This document shows, one piece after another, positions 9,345 to 19,666 of a stretch of DNA of 41,151 nucleotides. The position numbers and the translations under genes were made by a program. Position 1 is the first letter of the stretch; each line of letters begins with the position of its first letter. Origin of the DNA: a virus (lineage: Duplodnaviria > Caudoviricetes). The notes beneath the pieces are model-generated. The model saw only the letters and a program-made list of their open reading frames with translations, searched no databases and was not told where the DNA came from. The DNA lies in the IMG/VR virus record IMGVR_UViG_3300048560_000012, positions 1 to 41,151 of that record; one strand, written 5' to 3'.

Positions 9345-9764
9345 ATGAGCGAAGCAATCGAAGCACAAGGATGTGAAATCAAGCGGGGTGGCGGCGGGTC
9401 TCCCGAGACCTTTACTACCATTCCGGAAATCAAGTCGTTTTCCGGCCCCGGCGGTTCGGCGTCCATTTTGGACGTTACGAGCCTTCAATCCACGGCGAAG
9501 GAGAAGCGCGTCGGCCTGAAGGACGAAGGGCAGCTTTCGCTGACGATCAACTACAACCCGGACAATACTGTCCATGCGGGTTTGCGTACCGACCGCTCGA
9601 ACCGCACGCTGCGCAACTTCCAGATCGTCTTCACTGACGGGTCTCCTGCCACGACATGGAGCTTCTCCGCATATGTCTCCGGCTTCTCGGTACAAGGTGC
9701 GGTCGACGCAATCGTGGAAGCGACTGTGACGCTGGAAATCTCTGGCGATATCACCGAGTCATGA
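9345..9764 (+). CDS. Major tail tube protein
   Basis: DVTSLQS.AKE..VGLKDEG, FSAYV, LEISG. Confidence 0.88.
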   Translation: MSEAIEAQGCEIKRGGGGSPETFTTIPEIKSFSGPGGSASILDVTSLQSTAKEKRVGLKDEGQLSLTINYNPDNTVHAGLRTDRSNRTLRNFQIVFTDGSPATTWSFSAYVSGFSVQGAVDAIVEATVTLEISGDITES

Positions 9765-10114
9765 ACACTCCTCTGACACGTGATGCCATTCTGGCCGTCC
9801 CTGACCTCCAGACGGAAGTCGTGGACGTGCTGGAATGGGGCGGCAGCGTTATCGTCGGCACCATGACCGGGGCAGTGCGCGACGCGTGGGAGCGGTCTCT
9901 CGTTGATGCGAAGGGCAAGGTGAATATGGAGAACATCCGTGCTCGTCTTGTCGCTTGTACCGTCCTTGACGAGAACGGGGTGCGCATGTTCTCCGATACA
10001 GACATTGCGGCGCTCGGCAACAAGTCTGCCGCCGCGCTGGATCGGTGCGCGAAAGTGGCGCAGCGCCTCAATGGTTTGACCGCAGACGATCTGGAGACGG
10101 CAAAGGGAAACTGA
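9761..10114 (+). CDS. Tail assembly chaperone (lambda G-like)
   Basis: Lies between tube and TMP genes; EWGG.V; ends AKGN* at a slippery site; ATG overlaps the upstream stop. Confidence 0.85.
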   Translation: MNTPLTRDAILAVPDLQTEVVDVLEWGGSVIVGTMTGAVRDAWERSLVDAKGKVNMENIRARLVACTVLDENGVRMFSDTDIAALGNKSAAALDRCAKVAQRLNGLTADDLETAKGN

Positions 10115-10314
10115 GAGCGCGCCCCGAGAGGCGGTTTTACTTTCGGCTGGCGCGCGAACTCAGGATGACAGTGGCTCAGCTACTCCACGGCATCAGCAGT
10201 ACGGAGCTCACGGAATGGCAAGCGTTCTTCTTACTGGAAAGCGAACCGCCAAAGCAAACCGCTGCAGACCTCCGTGCGTCCTTCGGGCATCTGGTGAAGA
10301 GGAAAGCTAAATGA
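10105..10314 (+). CDS. -1 frameshift extension of the tail chaperone (G-T-like)
   Basis: G_GGA_AAC at 10105-10111, hairpin 10117-10155; -1 frame reads RRFYFRLARELRMTV..ELTEWQAF. Confidence 0.85.
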   Translation, partial: GKLRARPERRFYFRLARELRMTVAQLLHGISSTELTEWQAFFLLESEPPKQTAADLRASFGHLVKRKAK

Positions 10315-12290
10315 GTTCCCTCGGCAGTCTTGTCGTATCCATCACAGCGAACACTGCGCGGTTCGCTTCCGACATGGGCAAGGCCGCGCATATCGCGGCG
10401 CAGAACATGGAGAAGATGCGCAAGGATGCAGAGCAGGTCGGCAAGGCGATCGGAGCAATGTTCGCTGTCGGTGCATCCGCATCGGTCTATCTAGTCAAGC
10501 AATCGTTGGACTCCGCCGACGCAATGCTCAAGATGTCTCAGTCTGCCGGCATTGGGATAGAGAAGCTCACCGGCTTTGCGTATGCCGCACGTCTCTCGGG
10601 GTTAGAGGCGGACACTTTCGGAACGTCGGCAGTACGCTTGACCAAGGGCATCAGTGATGCTGCGATGGGCACCGGCGAAGCGCTTCGTGCATTCAGTGCT
10701 CTCGGGATGAACGTCAAAGACGCTTCAGGTAAGTTGAAGTCCGCAGATACGGTGATGACCGAGGTCGCCGCCAAGTTCTCCAAGATGGAGGATGGCGCGG
10801 AAAAGACTGCGCTCGCTATTGCGCTGTTCGGGAGAGCAGGAGCGCAGATGATTCCGTTCTTGAATCTCGGCGCGGATGGTCTTGCCAAGATGCACGCCGA
10901 AGCCAAAGCACTTGGTCTTGTTTTGGACAAGGATACAGGGGAAGCGGCAGAGCGCTTTAACGACAACCTGACGCGGCTCAATGCCGTGAAGGAAGGGTTC
11001 GCTAATCAGATCATGCGAGCCATGCTTCCGTCGCTTGAAGGTCTCAGTCGTTGGCTCTTTGAGTCCACAAAGAATTCGGACGGCCTCAGCAAAGCGGCAA
11101 CCATCGTAGCGGGGTCACTGAAGACGCTGATGTCTGCGGGGGTTATAGTCGCAGGGGTGTTCAAGACCCTCGGCGAATCCCTCGGCGGCATCGCGGCAAC
11201 ATTGGTCGCGTTGTTCTCTGGCCGCTTCAAGGAAGCGTTCAACATCTACATGGACAGCACTGCGGATTTCGCCACGAACATACGCGGAACCGTCGGTGCG
11301 GTCACGGCTATCTGGGATGAAGCCGCGACACAGACCGCTGCGAACGCTCCCGCGAATGGAGACAAGCTGGCAGCACCAGTGATGCACGCGACAAAGAAAG
11401 TGAAGAAGGGGGTAGACGACCAGATCACGCAGATGCGCAAGCTCGGCGCGGCATACGCCAGTGTCTTTACCGCATCGTCAAAGCGGGTCAGCACTCTAGA
11501 GGAGCAGATTGCCAAAGGGCGAGAACTTACTCAGTCCGAGCAAACGTTGCTTGAGATCGAGAAGCAGTTCCCGGCTGAGTGGATTGCATCTCTTCGTCTG
11601 TTGCTCGAACGTGCCGATGCGCTGGAAAAGCAACGGGCGACACAGCAACGGATAAACGAACTGATCGCAGCGACTCCGACCGCGCAGCTCGAAAAGCAGC
11701 GGGAGGAGATGATCATGTTGGCGGAGGTCTATGAGAAAACCGGCATGAGCGCTGAGAAGTATTACGAGATTGTAACGGAGGCGCTTCCGAAGCTCAAGAA
11801 ACCGCTTGACGAAATGACGGAATTCGCCAAACAAGCCGCACGCAACATGCAGGATGCGATGGGGGATTTCTTCTTCGACGCCATGGAGGGCAAGCTCAGT
11901 GATCTTGCCGGGAACTTCACGAAGACGATCAACCGTATGGTGGCGAATCTGCTCGCCAGTCAGCTCATGAACTACCTTACGGGTGACTTCGGCAGTACGG
12001 GTCAAATGGGTGGAGCGATCGGAAGCATTTTCGGCAGCTTGTTCGGTGGGTCTCGCGCTATCGGCGGCCCTGTCAGTGCGGGATCTGCGTATCGTGTCGG
12101 CGAGTTCGGGGAGGAGGTCTTTATTCCGCAGACCAGCGGAACGGTTGTTCCCACAGACCGTGCGTCATCGCGCAGCGTGATCATCACAAATAACTTCACG
12201 ATCAGTCAGCCGACAGACCGGCGGACGCAGGAACAGATCGCATCACTGGCAGGGGCGTCTATCCAGACGGCAATGTCAAGGGGGTCGTAA
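10311..12290 (+). CDS. Tape measure protein
   Basis: Ala-rich helical 659 aa; LGSLVVSI N-term; RAIGGPV..Y.VGE.GEEVFIP C-term. Confidence 0.92.
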   Translation: MSSLGSLVVSITANTARFASDMGKAAHIAAQNMEKMRKDAEQVGKAIGAMFAVGASASVYLVKQSLDSADAMLKMSQSAGIGIEKLTGFAYAARLSGLEADTFGTSAVRLTKGISDAAMGTGEALRAFSALGMNVKDASGKLKSADTVMTEVAAKFSKMEDGAEKTALAIALFGRAGAQMIPFLNLGADGLAKMHAEAKALGLVLDKDTGEAAERFNDNLTRLNAVKEGFANQIMRAMLPSLEGLSRWLFESTKNSDGLSKAATIVAGSLKTLMSAGVIVAGVFKTLGESLGGIAATLVALFSGRFKEAFNIYMDSTADFATNIRGTVGAVTAIWDEAATQTAANAPANGDKLAAPVMHATKKVKKGVDDQITQMRKLGAAYASVFTASSKRVSTLEEQIAKGRELTQSEQTLLEIEKQFPAEWIASLRLLLERADALEKQRATQQRINELIAATPTAQLEKQREEMIMLAEVYEKTGMSAEKYYEIVTEALPKLKKPLDEMTEFAKQAARNMQDAMGDFFFDAMEGKLSDLAGNFTKTINRMVANLLASQLMNYLTGDFGSTGQMGGAIGSIFGSLFGGSRAIGGPVSAGSAYRVGEFGEEVFIPQTSGTVVPTDRASSRSVIITNNFTISQPTDRRTQEQIASLAGASIQTAMSRGS

Positions 12291-12862
12291 TGCCATTCAT
12301 AGAAACGCGGTTCCCGGTAGATATCAGCTACGGCGTGGTCGGTGGCCCCGGTTTCAAGACAGATGTCGTCGTGGTCAATTCCGGGTTCGAGCAGCGGAAC
12401 GCAGTGTGGGAAGACTCCCGTTGTATGTGGGATGCAGCGCATGGGCTAAAGACACAAGATCAGCTCGACACGTTGATCGCCTTCTTCCGCGTGATGAAAG
12501 GCCGCGCCAATGGATTTCGCTTCAAAGACTGGACAGACTTCTCGGTCGGCTCGGGGGAGGGGATCTTCCGTCCTCTTTCGGGTACTACGTTTCAGATGGT
12601 GAGACGCTATACCACGGCAGGGAACAACCAAGATCGTGATATTTCCAAGCCGGTCAGCGGTACTATCGTCGTGACGGGGGGCACCGGTGTTTCAGTCAAT
12701 TACACTACGGGTGTCGTCACTGTTACCAGCGGCACGCCGACCGCTTGGACAGGGGAATTTGATGTTCCCGCACGTTTTGACACAGACCAGATGAAGGTGA
12801 GTATCGAAGACTATAACGCTTATACGTGGGGGCAGATTCCCGTTTTGGAGATTCGGGTATGA
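12290..12862 (+). CDS. DUF2460 GTA-like distal tail protein
   Basis: RFPVDISYG..GGP, SGFEQRN..W, GFRFKDWTD, FDVPARFDTD. Confidence 0.9.
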   Translation: MPFIETRFPVDISYGVVGGPGFKTDVVVVNSGFEQRNAVWEDSRCMWDAAHGLKTQDQLDTLIAFFRVMKGRANGFRFKDWTDFSVGSGEGIFRPLSGTTFQMVRRYTTAGNNQDRDISKPVSGTIVVTGGTGVSVNYTTGVVTVTSGTPTAWTGEFDVPARFDTDQMKVSIEDYNAYTWGQIPVLEIRV

Positions 12863-13695
12863 GGACGGTCAGCGCAAACCTGAAAGCACATCTACAGGGG
12901 GAGCATCTCACCATCTGTACGTTCTGGAAGATTACCCGTACAGATTCGCAAGTATTCGGCTTCACCGATAACTCGCGGGATGTGACGTACGACAGCGTTC
13001 TCTACGAGGCCGCAACAGGGCACGCCCCGAGCAGCATCAAGACCACATCTGATCTCGGCGTCGACAATCTGGAAGTTGAGTCTATCCTGGATTCCAGTAC
13101 GATCACAGAAGCAGATCTTCAGGCTGGACTATGGGATTACGCTACCGTGGAAATCATGGTGGTTAATTACAAATCCCTCGCTGACGGCCATATGATGCTG
13201 CGCAAAGGGTGGGTCGGCAACGTCAAAACGGGACGGTCTAATTTCGTTGCCGAGCTTCGCGGCATGATGCAACCGTTACAGCAAACCATCGGCAGGGTAT
13301 ATACCCCGGCATGCGATGCGGCTCTCGGAGATGCTCGCTGCGGGGTCAACATCGGCAGCTATACCGTAACGGGCAGCGTAACTACGCCGACCAGCGGTCG
13401 CGTCTTTACGGACTCCGCACGTACCGAGGCGAACGACTACTTTGCCGGGGGACTGATTACTTGGACGTCTGGGGATAATGACACGTACCAGATGGAGGTC
13501 AAAAGCTCTACATCTGTCGGGGTGATCACGTTGCAACAGGCGATGCCGAGCGGCACCACGATCGGTGACACGTACAGCTTGTCAGCGGGGTGCAACAAGC
13601 TACTGACAACCTGCCGAGACAAGTTCAACAATGTCGTCAACTTCCGGGGATTCCCTCATGTTCCCGGCTCAGACAAAGTGATTGCAGGAAGATGA
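12859..13695 (+). CDS. DUF2163 GTA-like baseplate hub protein
   Basis: FGFTD, FVAELRG, CDAALGDARC, GCNK...CRDKFNNVVNFRGFPHVPG. Confidence 0.9.
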   Translation: MRTVSANLKAHLQGEHLTICTFWKITRTDSQVFGFTDNSRDVTYDSVLYEAATGHAPSSIKTTSDLGVDNLEVESILDSSTITEADLQAGLWDYATVEIMVVNYKSLADGHMMLRKGWVGNVKTGRSNFVAELRGMMQPLQQTIGRVYTPACDAALGDARCGVNIGSYTVTGSVTTPTSGRVFTDSARTEANDYFAGGLITWTSGDNDTYQMEVKSSTSVGVITLQQAMPSGTTIGDTYSLSAGCNKLLTTCRDKFNNVVNFRGFPHVPGSDKVIAGR

Positions 13696-14096
13696 AAGAC
13701 TACGTCATCGTCGCACGTGGATATCTCGGCACTCCTTTCCGTCATCAGGCGCGACTGCCCGGTATTGGTTTGGACTGTGCCGGATTGATCGTCTGCGCAT
13801 TGCAGGAAATTGATTACCCTGTCGAGGACGTCCGTGCGTACGGCCGCATTCCCGCCAATGGGCTTTTTGTCAGGATGGTCGAGCGGCACTGTGACCATAT
13901 CGCCATTGCTGATTTGCGGCACGGCGACTTAATGATGTTCGCCTTCCGCGGCGAGCCGCAGCACTTGGCGATCTATACCGCCGAGGGCACGATCATCCAC
14001 GCATATCAAGAAGTCCGGAAGGTCGTCGAACATGACTTTGACGGCATCTGGCGCGAACGCTTGCGCGGTTGTTTCCGTCTCAGGGAGATCGGGTAA
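13692..14096 (+). CDS. NlpC/P60 tail peptidase
   Basis: GTPFRHQ, GLDCAGL, QHLAI, IIHAY. Confidence 0.9.
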   Translation: MKDYVIVARGYLGTPFRHQARLPGIGLDCAGLIVCALQEIDYPVEDVRAYGRIPANGLFVRMVERHCDHIAIADLRHGDLMMFAFRGEPQHLAIYTAEGTIIHAYQEVRKVVEHDFDGIWRERLRGCFRLREIG

Positions 14097-17000
14097 ATGG
14101 CTTCCCTCGTTCTTGGTGCGGTCGGCGCGGCTGTCGGTGCGGGGATCGGTGGTACCTTCCTTGGCATGTCCGCGGTCTCGCTTGGATGGAGCATCGGCTC
14201 CACCCTTGGCAGCATGCTCTTCAGCAACAAGGCAAAAGGCCAGGACATCTTGCAGGAAGGGTCGCGCCTCGGCGACCTCAAGGTGCAGACCTCCACTTAT
14301 GGCAATCCCCTTCCAATTTTCTACGGCAGCATGCGCGCGGCTGGAAACGTTATTTGGTCGACCGACATCGTCGAGACCCGGCATACCAGCACGCAATCCT
14401 CCGGCGGCGGCGGCAAGGGTGGCGGCGGTGGGGGCGGCGGCAGTACAGTTACGACGATCACCTACACCTATTCACAATCCTTCGCGGTGGCGATCGGCGA
14501 AGGCCCGATCACAGGCATCCGCAAAATCTGGGCGAACGGGAAGCTGATCTACAACCTGTCGGATTCCGCATCGCTTGCCACCATCGCCGCGAGCACGGCG
14601 GCAGTCAGCGGCATCCGCGTCTATACCGGCTCGGAATCGCAGACCGCCGACAGCCTGATCCAGGCCAACGTCGGCGCGGCGAATGCCCCGGCCTATCGCG
14701 GCACGGCCTACGTCGTGTTCAGCAGCCTGCAACTCGCCGACTACGGCAACCGGATGCCGAACGTCGAGTTCGAGGTCGTGGTGGCTGGGAATGTAGCGGA
14801 ATTGGCAACGTCCGATTTGACGCTTCCGTCTTCCAGTGATTGGGTGGCGTCGGCGTTTGGGAATGGGATGTTTCTTGTATTGAACAAGGGCCTTGCCGGT
14901 TTTCCGACGCCGGTTATCTCTCTGCGTTCTTATGACGCAGGTGCTAACTGGTCGTCATCACTGACGAACATGTCTTATTCTGTCTATCACTGCATTTTCG
15001 TATCGGGATTATTTTACGCAGGTACATCGACGGGGGTCTGGCGTAGTGCGGACGGGATCACATGGGCACAAGTCAAGTCCGGGATTACAGCAACAGCGCT
15101 AGCCTATGGTGATGGAATCATTTATGCGACCGCAAACGGATCAAGCGTTGTTTGGGCTTCCGGCGATGGATTGAACTGGGTTGCTTTCTCAATCAGCGGC
15201 ACCAACGCTTCATGGTTTGGCGTTGCCGCTGGGAATGGGATCGTTGTCGTAACTGCCAATGGCTCTAGCGCGGTTGCGCGCATTGCCTCTAACTGGCAGC
15301 CAATCACCATCGCATCATTGACAGGATACTTGCGGGTAGCTTACGGCAACGGCTTGTTTGTCGCAGCCGGTGGGAACGGCATGGCATATTCGACGGATGG
15401 AATTAATTGGACTGCCGGCGCTTCAGTCCCTGCTTCCGATCCGCAAAATGCTGTTTTTGGTGGAGGCAGCTTTGCCATCGTTGCCGGGGACAAAGTGTAC
15501 GTCACGTCTGACGGCATTACGGTTGTCTCGCATATAGAGACTGGACGGGTGTTTACTGGCCTATCCTATGGTGGCGGCATTTTCATTTCTCCAGCAGACA
15601 GTAGCACTTACGCTATAGGGTTCCTCCCCGCCCCCGTCATCAGCAGCGTCGCTGCGCCGCAATGCTCCACCATCGTTTCGGATATTTGCGAACGCACAGG
15701 GCTGACTACCAGTCAGATCAATGTCGCCGCATTGACTGACGAGGTGCATGGCTACGTCGTGCAGCGCTCGTCCGCGCGCTCGCAGATCGAGCAGTTGATG
15801 CGCGCCTTCTATTTTGATGCTGTCGAATCCAGTGGCAAGGTGAAGTTTGTCAAGCGTGGATCATCCTCGGCGCTCACAATTCCAGAAGACGATCTTGCGG
15901 CGCACGAGTACGGCTCCTCCCTGCCTGACACGGCGGTGATAGACCGCAAGCAAGAGATGGAACTCCCGCTGGAAACAGACATCCAATACCTTGACACTGG
16001 TGCGGCTTACCAAGTCGGTGCGCAGTACTCGCAGCGCCTCACCACTGAGAGCGAAAACAAGATCTCGTTGAACTTCGCCATTGCCATGAGCGCGATCAAG
16101 GCGAAGGAGATCGCTGACGTATTGATGTACGACGCATGGACAGGGCGGACACAGTTCAGTTTTCAGACAGGGTGGAAATATTCCTACCTCGAACCGACCG
16201 ATGTGTTCAGCATCGTTAAGGATGGACGCACATACGTCATTCGCCTCCAAGATGAAAACGTCAGCGTCATCAGCGCACGTCGCGCCGTGCTGGAAGACCC
16301 TTCTGTCTATACACAGTCAGGTGCAGCGGCGGAGATCATCGCGCCCGACGAGGATGTTGCGCTGACGCCGCTGACCAAGCTGATGTTGATGGACATCCCG
16401 CTCTTGCGCGATCAGGACGATGGCGTCGGCTTCTATGCCGCTGCATGCGGCTATGGTGCGGGGTGGTACGGAGCGCAAGCATACAAGTCCTCTGACGCTG
16501 GAGCAACGTGGGGCAGCTTTGGTCAGGGTTTCTTGAACGACGTAACGATGGGTTCAGCGACGAACGCCCTTGGCGATTTCACACGAAACGAGTTTGACGA
16601 AAAGAACAGTGTCACCGTTGTTCTCGTCAATGGCGAGCTCTCCAGCGATACCGAACTGAACGTGCTCAATGGGGCGAACGCCGCGTTGCTCGGCAGTGAG
16701 ATCATCCAGTTCAAAACGGCGACACTTATCGCGGCTGACACATACACCCTCACAGGTCTTCTCCGGGGTCGTAGGGGCACGGAATGGGCAACGGCAACCC
16801 ATGCGGCGGGGGATCGCTTTGTGCTGCTCGACGCCCTCTCTACGTATATTCTGGAAGGGTCTAGCACGGAATACGACCTAGAGCGGCATTACCGGGGGGC
16901 GTCATTCGGCGGCTTCCTCGACGAGGCAGAGACTGTTGCTTTTACCAATACCGCCGTTGCGCAGATGCCTTTTTCTCCTGTCTTGCTTGGCGGTGGGCGC

Positions 17001-17300
17001 AACGCGGCGGGAGATATCATCCTTAATTGGACGCGACGGACTCGCATCAGCGGGGGGTGGAACAGCTACGCGGACGTCCCGCTTGGCGAGGCAAGTGAGA
17101 TCTACACGGTAGAGATCTACAGCAATTCGGGATACGGAACCGTTTTGCGCACGATCACGGGTCTCACGTCTCCGACCACGGCCTACACTGCCGCGCAGCA
17201 GACAACTGACTTCGGCTCGCCACAATCGACTATATACTGGAAGGCATATCAAGTATCGTCAGTGGTGGGGACTGGATATGAAGCGAGAGGAGTAACCTAA
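14097..17300 (+). CDS. GTA-like central tail tip / host specificity protein with internal beta-propeller-like insert
   Basis: YG.PLP..YG.MR..GNVIW, PAYRGTAYVVF, LLRGRRGTE, WTRRTR, VPLGE. Confidence 0.88.
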   Translation: MASLVLGAVGAAVGAGIGGTFLGMSAVSLGWSIGSTLGSMLFSNKAKGQDILQEGSRLGDLKVQTSTYGNPLPIFYGSMRAAGNVIWSTDIVETRHTSTQSSGGGGKGGGGGGGGSTVTTITYTYSQSFAVAIGEGPITGIRKIWANGKLIYNLSDSASLATIAASTAAVSGIRVYTGSESQTADSLIQANVGAANAPAYRGTAYVVFSSLQLADYGNRMPNVEFEVVVAGNVAELATSDLTLPSSSDWVASAFGNGMFLVLNKGLAGFPTPVISLRSYDAGANWSSSLTNMSYSVYHCIFVSGLFYAGTSTGVWRSADGITWAQVKSGITATALAYGDGIIYATANGSSVVWASGDGLNWVAFSISGTNASWFGVAAGNGIVVVTANGSSAVARIASNWQPITIASLTGYLRVAYGNGLFVAAGGNGMAYSTDGINWTAGASVPASDPQNAVFGGGSFAIVAGDKVYVTSDGITVVSHIETGRVFTGLSYGGGIFISPADSSTYAIGFLPAPVISSVAAPQCSTIVSDICERTGLTTSQINVAALTDEVHGYVVQRSSARSQIEQLMRAFYFDAVESSGKVKFVKRGSSSALTIPEDDLAAHEYGSSLPDTAVIDRKQEMELPLETDIQYLDTGAAYQVGAQYSQRLTTESENKISLNFAIAMSAIKAKEIADVLMYDAWTGRTQFSFQTGWKYSYLEPTDVFSIVKDGRTYVIRLQDENVSVISARRAVLEDPSVYTQSGAAAEIIAPDEDVALTPLTKLMLMDIPLLRDQDDGVGFYAAACGYGAGWYGAQAYKSSDAGATWGSFGQGFLNDVTMGSATNALGDFTRNEFDEKNSVTVVLVNGELSSDTELNVLNGANAALLGSEIIQFKTATLIAADTYTLTGLLRGRRGTEWATATHAAGDRFVLLDALSTYILEGSSTEYDLERHYRGASFGGFLDEAETVAFTNTAVAQMPFSPVLLGGGRNAAGDIILNWTRRTRISGGWNSYADVPLGEASEIYTVEIYSNSGYGTVLRTITGLTSPTTAYTAAQQTTDFGSPQSTIYWKAYQVSSVVGTGYEARGVT

Positions 17301-19654
17301 TGGCGGATAGTACGACCAATCTGGACACGATCAGTAGCAGTCAGGCGCAGAAGGAGGTCACCGCCAACGCGATGTTTGACGCGGCGTCTCCCGCCATGCT
17401 CTACGGTCGTCGCGCCAGTACCACCAGCGCGCTGACGTGGGGGTACTACGGCGGCAGAGTCCTCATCTCCAACGTTCCTACGGCCATCGTCAACGGCACG
17501 GTCGCCCTGACTGCCAGTCAGACAAACTACGTTATCGCTGCGAGAGCTACCGGAGCAGTGTCTGTCTCAACCGTCACGACTAATTGGAACGACAGCACAA
17601 ACTACATTCGCCTCTACCAGATCGTCGCAGGGGCATCCAGCATTACCAGCTACACCGATCATCGCGCATGGGTCAATGTGACTCTAGGCGGGGGCAGTGG
17701 GGATGTCGCTACCGATGCGATCTGGGATGCCAAGGGCGATCTCGCAGTCGGCACTGGCGCGAACACTGCCGCTCGCCTTGCCGTTGGAACAAACGGTCAA
17801 GCGCTCGTCGCGGATAGCGCCGAAGCGACTGGCGTGAAATGGGCAACGCCAGCGGGAGGCGGCGATGTGGTCGGCCCGGCATCGGCTACGAACAACAGTC
17901 TTGCGCGGTTCGACGGTACGACCGGCAAACTACTGAAGGACGGTGCCGTAATCGGAACGGATGTCCAAGCCTATGACGCTACACTCCTGAACGCTGCGGA
18001 TATTGGCGTTAGCGTTCAAGCCTACGACGCAGACCTATCAACCCTAGCAGGGCTGACCACAACTACGGATAACTTCATTCAATCGAAGGCTAGTGCATGG
18101 GCGTCGCGCACTCCGACACAGGTCACGGCTGATTTGATCCCCTTTGTGGGGGACTCTGGTTCGGGTGGGTCTAAAGGTCTCGTTCCTACCCCGGCTATAG
18201 GCGACGCCACGAAAGTCTTAAAGGGAGATGGGACATGGGGGAGCGTATCGGGCGATGTCGCTACCGATGCGATCTGGGATGCCAAGGGCGATCTCGCAGT
18301 CGGCACTGGCGCAAACACTGCCGCTCGCCTTGCCGTTGGAACAAACGGTCAAGCGCTCGTCGCGGATAGCGCCGAAGCGACTGGCGTGAAATGGGCAACG
18401 CCAGCGGGAGGCGGCGACTTCATGGCGGATGGCAGCGTGCCGATGACAGGGCCGCTTGTAGCTACTACCATCGAACTCGGCCATGCCTCTGATACCACGC
18501 TTGCTCGCGTATCTGCCGGTGTCGTCTCGGTTGAGGGATCGAACGTCATCTTGGCGTCCGGCGGCAACCTAACAGGCGGGATCAACTCCGCCCGTGGAAA
18601 CATCACGCAACACGCGACGACGATGGACTTCTTCGCGGTCACGTCGCCGGATATTCTGGATGGGACGGGTTCTGCTGTGACGATCACTGCTTGCGTGAAT
18701 GCACCGCAGGCCGGAGCAACGCGGAAGTTCTACCCCATTGTCGCAACAGTTCTGACTCATGGCGCGACGTTCGATATTGCAGGTAACGCAAACCTCACGG
18801 CTGCCGCTGGCGATTGCTGGATCATCGAGGCAAAGACGGTATCGACGTATCGCGTTACTGCGGTGAAGGAGGATGGGACGGCGGTTGTGGGCGGCTCTGT
18901 ACAAATCCAGCCAATCAGCGCATCGGTCGGAGCAAGCGCTCTGACCATCAGCGCATCGGCCTTGTCGCTCGATTTCCGTTCGGCTACGCTGACCAGTGGA
19001 GCGGTGACAACGGTTAGCGGTACTCCGGCGAATCTTGTCATCAGTAGCGGCTCGACACTCGGCACGGTCAATGCGGTTCAGTCTCGCATTGCTGTCCTTG
19101 CATTGAACAACGCCGGCACGATCGAACTGGCTGCGGTGAATATCGCAGGCGGTAACGACCTGTCGGAAACAGGGCTTATCAGCACCACGGCAGAAGGCGG
19201 CACAGGCGCGGCGGATACCGCGAATGTCATCTACTCGACCACTGCGCGGACGAACGTCGCCTACCGCGTCATTGGCTACATCGAATCCACGCAGGCAACG
19301 GCAGGAACGTGGGCCACTACGCCAAGCACGATTCAGGGTGCGGGCGGGAACGCAGTCACGGCAATGTCGTCGCTCGGGTATGGACAGACATGGCAGAACA
19401 TGACAGGAAGTAGGTCGAAGTCGACAACATACTACAACACAACCGGAAAGCCGATTTGCGTCAGCATTAAGGTGTCACAGGCCGGCCCGGGCGAGGAATG
19501 CTATCTCACGATAAATGGCCAGGAGATGTGCAGAAACGCTGCCGTAGGAGCGGGATCAAAGCTTACCGTGTCGGGCATAGTCCCCCCCTTTGCATCATAC
19601 AGGATCGATCAAAACGGGACTACAACCCTCAGCCTGTGGGCTGAACTTCGCTGA
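17300..19654 (+). CDS. Tail fibre / receptor-binding protein
   Basis: QAQKEVTAN N-term, G/T/A-rich, C-term YGQTWQ..YYNTTGKPI..WAELR. Confidence 0.85.
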   Translation: MADSTTNLDTISSSQAQKEVTANAMFDAASPAMLYGRRASTTSALTWGYYGGRVLISNVPTAIVNGTVALTASQTNYVIAARATGAVSVSTVTTNWNDSTNYIRLYQIVAGASSITSYTDHRAWVNVTLGGGSGDVATDAIWDAKGDLAVGTGANTAARLAVGTNGQALVADSAEATGVKWATPAGGGDVVGPASATNNSLARFDGTTGKLLKDGAVIGTDVQAYDATLLNAADIGVSVQAYDADLSTLAGLTTTTDNFIQSKASAWASRTPTQVTADLIPFVGDSGSGGSKGLVPTPAIGDATKVLKGDGTWGSVSGDVATDAIWDAKGDLAVGTGANTAARLAVGTNGQALVADSAEATGVKWATPAGGGDFMADGSVPMTGPLVATTIELGHASDTTLARVSAGVVSVEGSNVILASGGNLTGGINSARGNITQHATTMDFFAVTSPDILDGTGSAVTITACVNAPQAGATRKFYPIVATVLTHGATFDIAGNANLTAAAGDCWIIEAKTVSTYRVTAVKEDGTAVVGGSVQIQPISASVGASALTISASALSLDFRSATLTSGAVTTVSGTPANLVISSGSTLGTVNAVQSRIAVLALNNAGTIELAAVNIAGGNDLSETGLISTTAEGGTGAADTANVIYSTTARTNVAYRVIGYIESTQATAGTWATTPSTIQGAGGNAVTAMSSLGYGQTWQNMTGSRSKSTTYYNTTGKPICVSIKVSQAGPGEECYLTINGQEMCRNAAVGAGSKLTVSGIVPPFASYRIDQNGTTTLSLWAELR
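17702..18417 (+). repeat. 164-bp direct repeat within the fibre gene (17702-17865 and 18254-18417)
   Basis: Read directly; one synonymous mismatch (GCG/GCA). Confidence 0.95.
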
Positions 19655-19666
19655 AAGGGGAAAACC

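Noticed and set aside
12290-17300. Interpretation as a gene transfer agent or integrated prophage
   Set aside because: The window has its own replication genes, no host flanks, and no integrase or att site was seen.
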